A stretch of DNA of 63,380 nucleotides, filler included, from Octopus bimaculoides (GCF_001194135.2; 6 parts of 6 records of this genome joined end to end with filler, not necessarily neighbours in it), one strand, 5' to 3'. Numbered from the whole stretch's first letter, positions 39,160 to 52,265 are shown. The notes: generated from the letters alone by a model not told the origin. Numbers and translations are program-made.

Positions 39160-39680
39160 ATCTATTTATCACAGGTATCTGTGTTTGATCAAAATAGTTA
39201 TTATTGAACCCTGTACTATTTTACCAATTCTTTTCCTATTCCATCACCCTCGGTATTTACCCCGCACTTCCTTCATATCTCGACCTTGTTACCCCATTCG
39301 CTCTTATAATAGCCGTCTCCTTTAGCCTATACTACACCTATGCTTCTTCCCCTGTCTAGCTCTCTCTTACATGTCCTGCTCGTTTCCCTAGATTATCTCG
39401 TCTCTCTAGCTTCCTCACTCTCTGTATTTCCACCTCACTTCCTATGTGGCTATTTTATCCCAGTACTCCTCCTTTGCCATTTCACCTCTCTTGCCAAACC
39501 GATATAAACTGACGCAGCTTCACAGTATCTGAAACAACATTTCTGATGAGGCTTAGCGAAGACTAGCTTAGCTGAAACAACAGTGGCCATATTGTAAGAA
39601 TATGAATAAATTTATTTGAAAAATACTCTGTGTACAACATCGAGCTCTTTCATTGGACTATTGTGGACTATCAAAATTGT
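39160..39680 (+). mobile_element. Probable Penelope-like element 3' end/pseudo-LTR
   Basis: CT-rich tract followed by a hammerhead core and AATAAA; element assignment inferred. Confidence 0.45.
39540..39600 (+). ncRNA. Candidate hammerhead ribozyme
   Basis: CUGAUGA (39543), stem II GGCUUAGC/GCUUAGCU with one U-U mismatch, GAAAC, stem III CAA/UUG with UGGCCA palindrome in the loop, GUA at 39594-96; stem I only ~3 bp. Confidence 0.5.
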
Positions 39681-39836
39681 TAAGTCCGAATCTACCATCT
39701 GTATCTATTCTAATATACACGTTTTCAGTTCTGTTTTACTGTTTGCATCGCCAAACATATTCATCTATCTATGTGCGTGTTGAAGAGACGCATATACTTA
39801 TATAAATATATTATAGATACATACTTAAACATACAC

Positions 39837-39884
<48 letters not shown>

Positions 39885-40004
39885 GCACACACACACACGC
39901 GCACTGATACACAAACACAGGCACACGCACACATTGCCTCCTTCCATTGAGTGTGAAAAAGTAAAGTAAATGAACAGACACATGTATTACGATCTAATTA
40001 AAAT

Positions 40005-40089
40005 CACTAACACTTAAGTATTTCTCTTTCAGGCAGATTTCCTCTCAATTACCGCCCGTCTTTCCTCTGCACCGCCGCCGTCCTGCGCT
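40005..40089 (+). other. Strong splice acceptor with branch point; candidate exon starting at 40033
   Basis: cactaac...tttctctttcag|GCAG followed by GC-rich sequence open in all three frames up to the gap. Confidence 0.35.
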
Positions 40090-41873
40090 NNNNNNNNNNN
40101 NNNNNNNNNNNNNNNNNNNNNNNNNNNNNNNNNNNNNNNNNNNNNNNNNNCTGCCACCACCACCACCACCACCACCACCATTATCACTGTCATCACAATG
40201 GACACACACTGTGAACATCATTAACACCACCCCTTCTTCTCTCCATCACCACTGACGTCTAACTGCCGCCAACTCCATTAAACTCAGCTTCCCCCCCACC
40301 ACTACCAATACCACCACCACCGCCCTCGTCGTTGTTGGCAACATCTCCACCATCGTCATCATCGTTGTTGTTTTCGTCGTGGTCGTCATCGTCATCGTCA
40401 TCATCATCATCCCCATCGTCGTCGTTATCCCTATATTCATGACCACCACCATTATCACTATAATTGCAATCAATGCCGCTGCCACCACCATCATCGTCAT
40501 CATCATCCTCATCATTGTCCTCATGGCCATCATCATCAGCATTAGCATCATCACTATAATAATGACCACCACTATTATCTCTACTACTGCAATCAACGCC
40601 GCCGCCGCCGACATCATTTTTCCTTCTGAACATCAACAGCTCTTCTCCCTCATCTTCACNNNNNNNNNNNNNNNNNNNNNNNNNNNNNNNNNNNNNNNNN
40701 NNNNNNNNNNNNNNNNNNNNNNNNNNNNNNNNGCCACCACCATCACCACCACCACCACCATCACCGCCCCCGCCACCATCACCATCAAAAGAAAAGCGAG
40801 GTAGTACACATTGGCTAAGGTAATCCAAGACAGGAAGAACATTACAGAATTGCATTTGGTCACAGACCTGCTTAACCAGGATCAACCTGGGGTTAAACAA
40901 CTGCAACAACAACCACAACTACCACAACAGCAAATTGATTTGTATTAATGGCATCACCACCATCGTCGATGCTATCGCCTCTACAACAATGAGCCTCACC
41001 ACCGCCGCCACCACTATGGTTTCTTGCACAAGACCAACACTCAAACAGGCAATCCTCTTTCACAACAGTCTTGTATTCCACAATCATCATTATCACACAG
41101 CAAACGCTACCACCAACACCACCGCCGCCGCTGCTACTACAACCACTACCACCACCACCACCGCCGCCGCCGCTACTACAACTACTACNNNNNNNNNNNN
41201 NNNNNNNNNNNNNNNNNNNNNNNNNNNNNNNNNNNNNNNNNNNNNNNNNNNNNNNNNNNNNNNNNNNNNNNNNNNNNNNNNNNNNNNNNNNNNNNNNNNN
41301 NNNNNNNNNNNNNNNNNNNNNNNNNNNNNNNNNNNNNNNNNNNNNNNNNNNNNNNNNNNNNNNNNNNNNNNNNNNNNNNNNNNNNNNNNNNNNNNNNNNN
41401 NNNNNNNNNNNNNNNNNNNNNNNNNNNNNNNNNNNNNNNNNNNNNNNNNNNNNNNNNNNNNNNNNNNNNNNNNNNNNNNNNNNNNNNNNNNNNNNNNNNN
41501 NNNNNNNNNNNNNNNNNNNNNNNNNNNNNNNNNNNNNNNNNNNNNNNNNNNNNNNNNNNNNNNNNNNNNNNNNNNNNNNNNNNNNNNNNNNNNNNNNNNN
41601 NNNNNNNNNNNNNNNNNNNNNNNNNNNNNNNNNNNNNNNNNNNNNNNNNNNNNNNNNNNNNNNNNNNNNNNNNNNNNNNNNNNNNNNNNNNNNNNNNNNN
41701 NNNNNNNNNNNNNNNNNNNNNNNNNNNNNNNNNNNNNNNNNNNNNNNNNNNNNNNNNNNNNNNNNNNNNNNNNNNNNNNNNNNNNNNNNNNNNNNNNNNN
41801 NNNNNNNNNNNTGTGTGTATATATGCATGTATGAGTGTGTGCGTGCATGTGCGCCCACGTATATCTATCTATG

Positions 41874-41928
<55 letters not shown>

Positions 41929-42984
41929 GCTTGTTTATGATTGCCAGTGTGTGTGTGTGTGTGTATGTAGGTAGGAAATATCTTTCCTTTTATGCATATT
42001 TTATCACAGACACGACATTGTTCTTATTATTATCTACTTATTAGCCCTTTATGTTTAGCGTTCCTAAATCCATTAATTCATTAATAAATATACCAAAAAA
42101 ATCTAACAAGATTTACCGTTGTATAATTCTTATCCCAGCGTTGATGATTTTTATTACTTAGAAAAGTATTTCCACGATGCTTAGTGACTTACTGCAAAAC
42201 GCGTGAAAAGTAATGCAAAACGCCATTATTGTTATTACTTTTTTCTGTGGATCGTACTGAGAATGTTTTGAAGTTTGATAAACTATAATGGATTAAAATG
42301 CTATTGTTCTAAAACTAAATGTAAGAACTAATAAGGAAATATGAAAATATCTTGATAATAGTCACTTCTTTAATATAATGTATATATTAATATTTCGCTT
42401 TAATATAGCGATATTAATAGATGATAGAACTCAAATATGAATCAGAAAAAATTCATCAGTCGAGTACAAGGCGTAATAAGAGATTATATAAATGACAACA
42501 CACATACACATACACTCATATACATATGCATAAATAATCGACTTAACCCATCTGCCGAAACTGCTGCCCTTGTTCCAAAATTTAAAACCAATATAACAAG
42601 AAGCATAAAATAAGTACCAGTTGAAGAGTGGCATCGATGTAATTAACTTGCCCACTACCACGAATTTCTGGCCTTGTGCCAAAATTTGAAACCAATTTGC
42701 CAAGAAACAAGAAACTAAATGCCATAATAGAACAAGCTGATGCAGTAAAACAACAGGAGGAGTCTATACCTGCCCCAAATCCCCTCAAAAGTAAGAACAC
42801 GACGCTGCACGCTTCACAGGAACACGGAAGTGCACCAGGTGGTGCTGTAGAAAAATGGTTTCCAGTATACGTCTGAAATGTGCGAACGGGTTTAGTCGAT
42901 TAAATCGATCCCAGTTCTTGATCAGTTATGACTACAGTGTCAATTGGGAAGAAAATAGAACGGGAGGGAAGAATTATCTATTCG

Positions 42985-42999
42985 TCTGTTTTCCCCCTT

Positions 43000-43050
<51 letters not shown>

Positions 43051-43212
43051 CGTTTTTTTTCACGATCCCTTTTGATCGGAATTTTATTTTTCTCCTTTTT
43101 TTCTATTTTCAAAAAGAAAAGCTCTGCACTGTATTTTGTCCCCTCTGTGTTCGGCTCTCTGTGGCTAATAAAGAAACTTATCTGCCTGCCTGTCTGTCTG
43201 TTTGTCTGTCTG

Positions 43213-43273
<61 letters not shown>

Positions 43274-43275
43274 GT
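42985..43275 (+). mobile_element. LINE 3'-end fragment flanked on both sides by (TATC)n
   Basis: cacgatcccttttgatc...tgtattttgtcccctctgtgttcggctctctgtggctaataaagaaac between TATC runs. Confidence 0.75.
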
Positions 43276-43362
43276 ATGTATGTATGTATGTATGTATGTA
43301 TGTATCTGTCTGTCTGTCTGCCTATCTATCTATGACACACATATCATATCTANNNNNNNNNN

Positions 43363-43398
<36 letters not shown>

Positions 43399-43422
43399 AC
43401 ACACACATATGTATATGCACAG

Positions 43423-43458
<36 letters not shown>

Positions 43459-44159
43459 ACACACACATACACGCACATACATACATGCATGCATATGGAA
43501 TGAGCCCGCTTACGTTTGGATGTGTGAATACTTGACGCTCAACCGTCTTATTTTACCTGAGAAATTAGGTTTTCAATGAGGTGTAGAAGTCAGACGTAAA
43601 GAGATGCGCGCGTGCGTGCGTGCGGTGCGTGCGTACGTGTGTATATATGTGTGTTTGTGTGTCAATGAAAACGGGAGAGAAAGAGAGATAACGACAGAAA
43701 CGTAATTGTAAGACGGAATAAAACGTGTGAAATTAAAGACTAGGCGGTGATAAAGGAAGAAAAAAAAAAGAAAAAAAGAGGTGGCGAATGAGAAAACTAA
43801 GGAGCAAAATATACAGTAGTAGTAGCAGTAGTAGTAGTAGTAATAGTAGTAGTAGAAGGAAGAGTAATAAAAAAAAGTTTTTAATTGCCAAAAGAAGAAA
43901 AAAAGATTAACAAAGAACGTTGCTAAGAAGTAATTTGTGGGCGTGGTTATTTCATTGGCTGCCTCTGGTGAAAGAGACTTGTGTGTCTATGTTTTCCAAG
44001 GCCACCCTCTAAAAACAGTCCCACCATTGTTATTCTCCTACCACGCCCACTTTGCTTCCCACCCGTTTTCTACCCGCGGCCAAAAAAGCCGCTCACAAAT
44101 AATTTTTGGTAGAATTTCGAAGCATTTTAATTGTCAGAGATAGTTTCTCTTTGCAAACC

Positions 44160-44205
44160 ATTGCGCACGCGCACGTGTATGTATATGCGTTTGTGTGCGT
44201 GTGTG

Positions 44206-44243
<38 letters not shown>

Positions 44244-45560
44244 TGTGTGTCTGTGTGTGTATGTATGTATGCATGTATGTATGAGTGTATGTATGTGTTA
44301 GTGTATATGTATGTATCTATGTATGTGTGAGTGTATGTATGGTGTATGTGTCGGGATATCTATATGTATGGATGCGTGTTGGTGCGTGCATATGTATGTG
44401 TGAATGTATGTATGTATGTATGTATACATACATACATATATATATATATATACACTAACANNNNNNNNNNNNNNNNNNNNNNNNNNNNNNNNNNNNNNNN
44501 NNNNNNNNNNNNNNNNNNNNNNNNNNNNNNNNNNNNNNNNNNTATATATATATATATATATATGCTTATGCCTGTATGTATCGGTGTCTTTATAGACATG
44601 TATATGTATGTGTGAATCCATGTATCTATGTCTGTTTATATATATACGTTTATATGTGTGAGTATGCATGTATATATGTATATGTATGTATATATGTATG
44701 TATGCATGTACGTATGTATATGTATGAATATATATATGGGAGTATTTGTATATGTATGCATGTATACATGTTTAAATCTCCGAATACATGTATATATATG
44801 TATGGTTGTATGTGTTGGTATTTATGTAGGCACATATATGAATGCATATATGCTGGTATATGTTTGTGTATGTGCGTATATCTGTGTGCGCGCATGCGTA
44901 ATTTTTTATATCGGGTATATATGTGTATGCGATTGCGTATATATGCGTGTATTACTGTACGCATATAAACAAGTGTGTGTATGCATGCATTAAGGTGTTT
45001 TTGTATGAATGTATGCTTTTAAGTATATATACCTGTGTGTTTGTGAATGTTTGTGTGTGTGTTTAAACTGCTTCTTACTTGTGTATGTATTTGTGTGCGC
45101 GCATGTGTATATGTGTATGTGCGTGTATGTAACGTGTGTAATTCAAATAAATTCCTTTTATAAATCATTGCTTCCTGTATGGCATTGTTCAGTTTTATTT
45201 CAAAATTTCTCGCCAATAGAGAAAGAGCCGGTTTCTAACCTAGATCTAAGGCTCCTATATTGGAAATTCAACATCAGTAACAGGATATTTTTGTTTGTTT
45301 GTATGTGTGTATGTATGTATGTATGTTTGTGAATATGAATGTTTGTATGTGTAAAAATGTTTGCTTGTGGAATGTGTGAATTTGTGCATGCATACATCAG
45401 TTGTACTTAATGTATATATGTATTTAAGTATATGTACACTCCCCCCCCATATATATGAACGATTGCATTTATGTACGCGTAAATATGTGCATGTATATAT
45501 GAATACATGTACGTACGTATATTTCTGTGCAAGCATGCAAATACGTATCAAATATGCAAT
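44160..45560. repeat. Degenerate (TG/TA/TATG) low-complexity tract
   Basis: Direct reading; similar tracts at 20780-21110, 52390-53040 and 63020-63380. Confidence 0.85.
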
Positions 45561-45599
45561 TGACTTTTAAAATGTTTAAGAAACACATCTCAGATTAGC

Positions 45600-45990
45600 C
45601 ATCTGCAAATTACAACAATCAGAGCAAAACACCAATTCCTTGATCCACCAATCACAGAGGCAACCTCTCCCCCACATGAACAACCTATATATTGATTACA
45701 GTATACTCGCCTTCATCAGCACAACAGCTCGTCACGGTATCTTCACTTGAGAAACCCCACCGCACTTTCAAAATACATTTGGAAATAGAAAGACAAAGAA
45801 AAGTTCAGTGGTATCTCACACGCAGTGCTAAATATGGTAAAAAGCTTTAAGAACGCACCACAATCACGAGATCTCACACAGTAGCCCCACATCCGTGACC
45901 GTTCTACCCAAATCATAAATAAAAAGACTGAGCCTCACGCATGGCCAAATTCTTCCTTGAGGATTTCAAAGAAGGCTTCCCACTGAAGCA
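45600..45990 (+). mobile_element. Penelope-like GIY-YIG endonuclease fragment, decayed
   Basis: NPTALSKYIWK*KDK and INKKTE...FFLEDFK parallel ST.LSKYIW.LKD and LNKRSE...NKFLL. Confidence 0.6.
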
Positions 45991-46113
45991 TAACAGATGA
46001 CAATCAGTGATCTATATGAGGACACATCTAAAGTTATATGATTACTTACTTTCAAATCTTTTGACGAATACTATCAACTGACTGAACGAAACCACACATC
46101 GGGATGTAATTCT

Positions 46114-46145
<32 letters not shown>

Positions 46146-46549
46146 TGTATGTATGTATGTATGTATGTATGCATGCATGTATGTACGTATATTATAAGTG
46201 CACCTGCTGCTTCTATGTATATATGTATGTGTATGTATATCTATTTATCTATGTCGATTTATGTATGTGTGTATGTATGTGTAAATATTTAGACACACAC
46301 ACACAGACACACGCACAGATACACACATACACATCTCTGCCTCCCTCCGCACACACAGTGTCATTAGGTAATTTCCGGACTGCATGTGCCGTAATTATAC
46401 CCTTTAACGGAAATGCATGTGCAGCCGACGCTCTTTAGTAACTAGCCTACTGAGTCACACTTCAAACAGGTTTCATGTTATCTGCTCCATGTTTAATTAC
46501 TATGCTATCTTTTGTAACGTCATGTCAGAAAGGTTTTGCAATTTTAACT

Positions 46550-47100
46550 ATGGCTGAGAAATTCGAGCAACGTACCTGAATGAAGAATGGAAAATCCGCT
46601 ACTGAGGCTCTTGAAATGCTTCACCATGTGTTTCACTAATCTTGTTTAGTTCGAAACCAGATTTTTGAGTTGTGTGCAAGTTGCAAATCTAGTCCAGAAT
46701 CAGTTCAAGTTCAAAATGTTTAAAAATGTCGAAAAGTGTCGAAAAATGTCATGAACCTATCCATGAGGATCGTCGCCGAATAATCCACCAATTTCTCACA
46801 TGACTGGAATCAGTTATGATGTCTGCAATAAGATTTTCACGGACCAGCTAAACCTGTGGCTGCGATGCTTCTGACTAAGAACAACATGGCGGTCATAAAA
46901 CGCACTCTATACTTATCTGATCTATCCATCCCCTTCTGACATCACCGTATTTCTTTAAAATGAAACTGAACGTGAATGGCTGCCGCTTTGAGACGGAATT
47001 GCAGGACTTTCGGGAAGAGTTTTTGGCATGGATAATAAATACCTTATATACGTGTTGTGTGCATTTTCAAAATGGCTGTTTCGAAGGGGATGGCTCGACG
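46550..47100 (+). mobile_element. Internally deleted mariner element
   Basis: MAEKFEQR...GKSATEALEML N-terminus joined to LTKNNMAVI...Y.SDL...KMKLNVNGCRFET and CFEGD C-terminus. Confidence 0.7.
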
Positions 47101-47177
47101 GAAAAGATATGCGATATACATTACTTATTAGGGAACAAATATACTTCATGTTAGGCCGCGCGCGCGCGTGTATAACA

Positions 47178-47243
<66 letters not shown>

Positions 47244-47254
47244 CATTACTATTA

Positions 47255-47286
<32 letters not shown>

Positions 47287-48239
47287 GTTCAGTAGTTTTA
47301 TTTTTATAACGTGCTTTCACTTCACTACCGAGCGCAGCTCTGTGCGCCTTGGGTATGTGCTGTGGTTTGCTGTGGTGCTCTTATGTTTACTGTATTGAAA
47401 GTGTTTTGNNNNNNNNNNNNNNNNNNNNNNNNNNNNNNNNNNNNNNNNNNNNNNNNNNNNNNNNNNNNNNNNNNNNNNNNNNNNNNNNNNNNNNNNNNNN
47501 NNNNNNNNNNNNNNNNNNNNNNNNNNNNNNNNNNNNNNNNNNNNNNNNNNNNNNNNNNNNNNNNNNNNNNNNNNNNNNNNNNNNNNNNNNNNNNNNNNNN
47601 NNNNNNNNNNNNNNNNNNNNNNNNNNNNNNNNNNNNNNNNNNNNNNNNNNNNNNNNNNNNNNNNNNNNNNNNNNNNNNNNNNNNNNNNNNNNNNNNNNNN
47701 NNNNNNNNNNNNNNNNNNNNNNNNNNNNNNNNNNNNNNNNNNNNNNNNNNNNNNNNNNNNNNNNNNNNNNNNNNNNNNNNNNNNNNNNNNNNNNNNNNNN
47801 NNNNNNNNNNNNNNNNNNNNNNNNNNNNNNNNNNNNNNNNNNNNNNNNNNNNNNNNNNNNNNNNNNNNNNNNNNNNNNNNNNNNNNNNNNNNNNNNNNNN
47901 NNNNNNNNNNNNNNNNNNNNNNNNNNNNNNNNNNNNNNNNNNNNNNNNNNNNNNNNNNNNNNNNNNNNNNNNNNNNNNNNNNNNNNNNNNNNNNNNNNNN
48001 NNNNNNNNNNNNNNNNNNNNNNNNNNNNNNNNNNNNNNNNNNNNNNNNNNNNNNNNNNNNNNNNNNNNNNNNNNNNNNNNNNNNNNNNNNNNNNNNNNNN
48101 NNNNNNNNNNNNNNNNNNNNNNNNNNNNNNNNNNTAATAATAATAATAATAATAGGGAATAAAAATCCAAAACTTACAGGGAAAAATTCAATTTAGCAAT
48201 TCTAAATCAAATTTCACAATATATATGTATATAATTTAG

Positions 48240-48460
48240 AGAGAAAAAAACCCTCTATTAACCCTCGCGGTTCACCTATCGCGGTTTATTATTTAAGCTT
48301 ACGTCGAATCCTCTTGGTGTTGTTTTGCATTTATAATAAAATAAATTTATACAAATTATAAAATTAATGAAAAAAAATAAAGAAACATACAGTACAGTAC
48401 AGTTTCACTTTTCACGTGAGGTTTTGGAACGTAACATCCGCGATAGTCGAGGGATTACTG
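48240..48460. mobile_element. Tigger/pogo-like non-autonomous element end
   Basis: Ends ccgcgatagtcgagggattactg followed by TA; the other end is probably in the gap. Confidence 0.55.
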
Positions 48461-48836
48461 TATATTCATTAAGTTCAACGAAAGCTCAAATTTCACGTCA
48501 CTGATCGATGCGCGATGTGCAGGCAGCGTCAAGATCTGTAAGACATTATCAATGAAATAATATCAAATTGGAATTGACTGAAAATCGAACTCGAAAAGTT
48601 GAAATAACACGCGTGATTCTTACTGATTACCACATAACACTTGCACACACACACACGCACACACACACACACACAAGTGCACACGTGCGCGCACACACAC
48701 AGGCACACGAAACACACATCTATAAATACACACTTATACACATACACACAAGCGTGTACAATTTACACAAGTATACATAGTTTATCACGGCATTCTGTCT
48801 TTCTCGTTCCACATCTTTCCTTCTTTCTCTCTCTTC

Positions 48837-48927
<91 letters not shown>

Positions 48928-48946
48928 TGTTTCCCTTTTGTAAAAG

Positions 48947-48989
<43 letters not shown>

Positions 48990-50101
48990 CCCACTTTCAT
49001 TCATTCCTTCATGTACTCTTCTATTTATTTCATTTATTTATTTATTTTATTTCATTTCATTTATTTCATTTTATTTATTTTATTTATTATATTTATTTTA
49101 TTTATTATATTTATTTTATTTATTTATTCTAAAAGTGATTTCCATCCCGCCTATTTCTACCTCAGCATTTGTCTTCCCGATTGTTCTTACAAGATACACC
49201 CCTCTGGCCCTTCTTATTAACATTATTATTGTTAATCCTTTATTTCTGACTCCTGCGTGTGTAAGGGGCCGGGTTAGGGTGTTTGTTTTGTTTTTGTTTC
49301 AGTTTTGGTATTGTTGAGGGGTGTGCATGCGTGAGGAAGTGTATGGTGGTGGTGGTGGTGGTAGTGGTGGGTATGTAAGGGGTGTTTCGGTAGCAGAAGC
49401 AGCAGCCTCTCACGGGAAATGACGGCTGTCTGGTTATCTGGGTGGTCGACTGAATAGCTGGCCGAATGTTGGCTATAAACGGACTAACAGAGGGAGAGGG
49501 AGAGAGAGAGGGAGAGAGAGGGAGAGAGGGAGAGAGAGAGAGGAGAGAGAGACGGTAAGATAGGGCAGAAAAAGGAATAAATTGAGATTNNNNNNNNNNN
49601 NNNNNNNNNNNNNNNNNNNNNNNNNNNNNNNNNNNNNNNNNNNNNNNNNNNNNNNNNNNNNNNNNNNNNNNNNNNNNNNNNNNNNNNNNNNNNNNNNNNN
49701 NNNNNNNNNNNNNNNNNNNNNNNNNNNNNNNNNNNNNNNNNNNNNNNNNNNNNNNNNNNNNNNNNNNNNNNNNNNNNNNNNNNNNNNNNNNNNNNNNNNN
49801 NNNNNNNNNNNGGAAATGTTAGAGTGGGAGAAAGATAAAGAGAAGAGAATTAACTGGGTAAGAAATACGTACATACATACATGCATACATACATGCATAC
49901 ATATATACATACAAACATACATACATACATACATGCGTACATACATACATACATACATACACACCCATGCATGCATACATACATACACACATACATACAT
50001 ACATAAGTACATACATACATACATACATAGAAGTATACGTATATATTCGGTGAGAAAGAAGGAGAATGAGAGGGATAGAGAGACAGACAGAGAGTGAGAA
50101 G

Positions 50102-50159
<58 letters not shown>

Positions 50160-50354
50160 AAGAAAGAAAGAGAGGGGTGTCGGGATGTGGTGGGTGGAAA
50201 AACAGACAGACGGTAAGACAGACAGCGGTTTCTCTGGACAGCCGTCCCGTGGATCCGGGCGGAGAGGGGAAAAATAGATAGATAGGTAGATAGATAGGGA
50301 GAGGTGGAAGAGAGACAGATTCTGTGTTCCATTATCCTGCGATGGGTAACAGTC

Positions 50355-50420
50355 CCAATGACAACTCACACGTCAATGTTCCCATATAAAACTCTTCGCT
50401 GACGACGTGTGGTTGGTCAC
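50355..50420 (+). promoter_or_regulatory. Candidate TATA promoter (CCAAT, CRE-like, TATA)
   Basis: CCAAT 50355, ACGTCA 50370, TATAAAA 50385 in canonical order; no linked gene found. Confidence 0.3.
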
Positions 50421-50897
50421 CATCTCACAACAAACTTATCTAACTAATTACTACAAACAACCCTCATCTCATCTCACCCACAGATGTTGTTGTTGTTGTT
50501 GTTGCTCTTCTTCTTCTTCTTCTTCTTCTTCTTCTTCTTCCTCTTCCTCTAAATGGATTATCTGTTTCATTCTTTTTTTCTTTTTTACTTCCTCTCTATC
50601 TTTTTCTTTTTCTCTTTCATTATTCTTTCGTTCGTTTCTTTCCCCACCCCTTCTTACCGTTCGTACTCATTCCTCACTTCTCACTGCCATATCAAACAAA
50701 GGACGTGTTTAAATAAATATAGCACTAAAACAAGGTGTTTTGGGCGGTGCTCTATCGATGTCGCCAATAATAATACATGTACACAGAGAGAGGGAGAGCA
50801 AGAGAGAGAAAAAGAGAAACAAAGAGAGAGAGAGAGAGAGTGAGAGAGACAGGCAGATAAACAGAGAAAGAAAGAGAGGGAGAGAGAGGGAGAGAGG

Positions 50898-50941
<44 letters not shown>

Positions 50942-50942
<1 letters not shown>

Positions 50943-51120
50943 AGGCGTGGTTGTGTGGTAAGACGTTTGCTTCCCAACCATGTGGTAAGACGTTTGCTTC
51001 CCAACCATGTGGTAAGACGTTTGCTTCCCAACCATGTGGTCTTAAGTTCACGCTCACTGCTCTGCACTTTGGGCAAATGCCTTCTACTTATAGCTACAGG
51101 TCAATCAAATCCCCAGTGTG
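50942..51120 (+). mobile_element. SINE family B head with a triplicated 27-bp segment
   Basis: tgtggtaagacgtttgcttcccaacca x3 at 50954-51034. Confidence 0.85.
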
Positions 51121-51159
51121 CCGCCTGTATAGAAGGGGAGATTTCTTCCCAATCCAAGC

Positions 51160-51830
51160 TTTGTAAGCGTCCATCTTTGCTCGGATGTAATTTTCAATTT
51201 TCTGGTTAACTCTGGAGGTACTTTTGCCATCTGACGCGACACCAAGCCATTTTCGTTCATATCAAATTACGACCCAAGAAACCCTTAAATAAAATAATCT
51301 CCACTCTGTTCAGTAAAGATCATTGAATTTGGATTGTAAGAGATTCCTCATATTTGTATTTAATTCCATCATCCGCCAGGATGCCCCACTTTGTCCTCTA
51401 AGTTATACTGGACTTATCAGTTTTTTTTTTTTAATTCTCTCTGCTGTAGATAGTCTCAGGTTGCAGACAGTTAAGTGGTGATCAGTTGATAATTCTGCCC
51501 CTTTCTTTTACACGAACGTCCAGCACAGAATCAAAGAGGTAAGAGACGATGATAAAATCTGTCGGTGACTTCTGTCCCAGGTACACTTCTGGATATACCT
51601 ATTTTAGACGAATGTATTCATAATAGAGACCCCATTTCTAGGACAGAAGTCTAGTAAGGCCACTCCATTTGCCTTGAGTTCAAGGGCACCATTTCTCACA
51701 GTCACTTCTTAGGTAACCAGTGCCGACAGGTGCATTCAAGTCTCCGTGTAGAACAAATGACTCGGACTTATCATATCTAGCTTATCGTTGAGAGGACGTT
51801 GGTGTTGCCTGAGTGGAGGCTTGCGCCCTC
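51160..51830 (-). mobile_element. RTE LINE APE endonuclease fragment
   Basis: LGQKSPTDFIIVS...VLDVRVKKGAELSTDHHL closely matches the RTE motif 'VLDVRVKRGAELSTDHHL'. Confidence 0.85.
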
Positions 51831-51889
51831 TGAGTGCTCTTGTTGCATTTTAATATTATATTGGAATTTAACGATGTTCTTTTACTTGT

Positions 51890-52117
51890 TTTAGTTATTG
51901 GACGGCATCCAATGATGGGACACTGCGTTGAAGGGCTTAGCCGAACAGTTCGACAACGGTGCTTATTTCAAGTTGTGTTACTTCTATCGTTTCTCTTTTT
52001 GGCCAAACTGTTTAGTTACGGGAACGTAAACAAACCAACACCGGCTGTCAAGTGGGGATGGGTGTCAAGCATAAAGACGTGTGCATGTGCGCACACACGC
52101 ATCCACATACACTTACG

Positions 52118-52192
<75 letters not shown>

Positions 52193-52265
52193 ACGCGCGA
52201 TGAGCTTTGAAACAGTTTCCATCTGGCAAATTTATTCACAAGGTATTGGTAGCCTAGAGCAGAAA
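51890..52265 (-). mobile_element. SINE family B, diverged
   Basis: Homologous to 29270-29662. Confidence 0.7.

Noticed and set aside
40246-40918. Asp/Gly-rich or Ile/Val-rich ORFs (possible acidic or transmembrane protein)
   Set aside because: Degenerate CAT/CAC/GTC trinucleotide sequence is open in several frames on both strands, with no recognisable domain
16494-51034. 21-bp and 27-bp repeats as possible CRISPR arrays
   Set aside because: Head-to-tail tandem units without spacers, in eukaryotic DNA, with no cas genes
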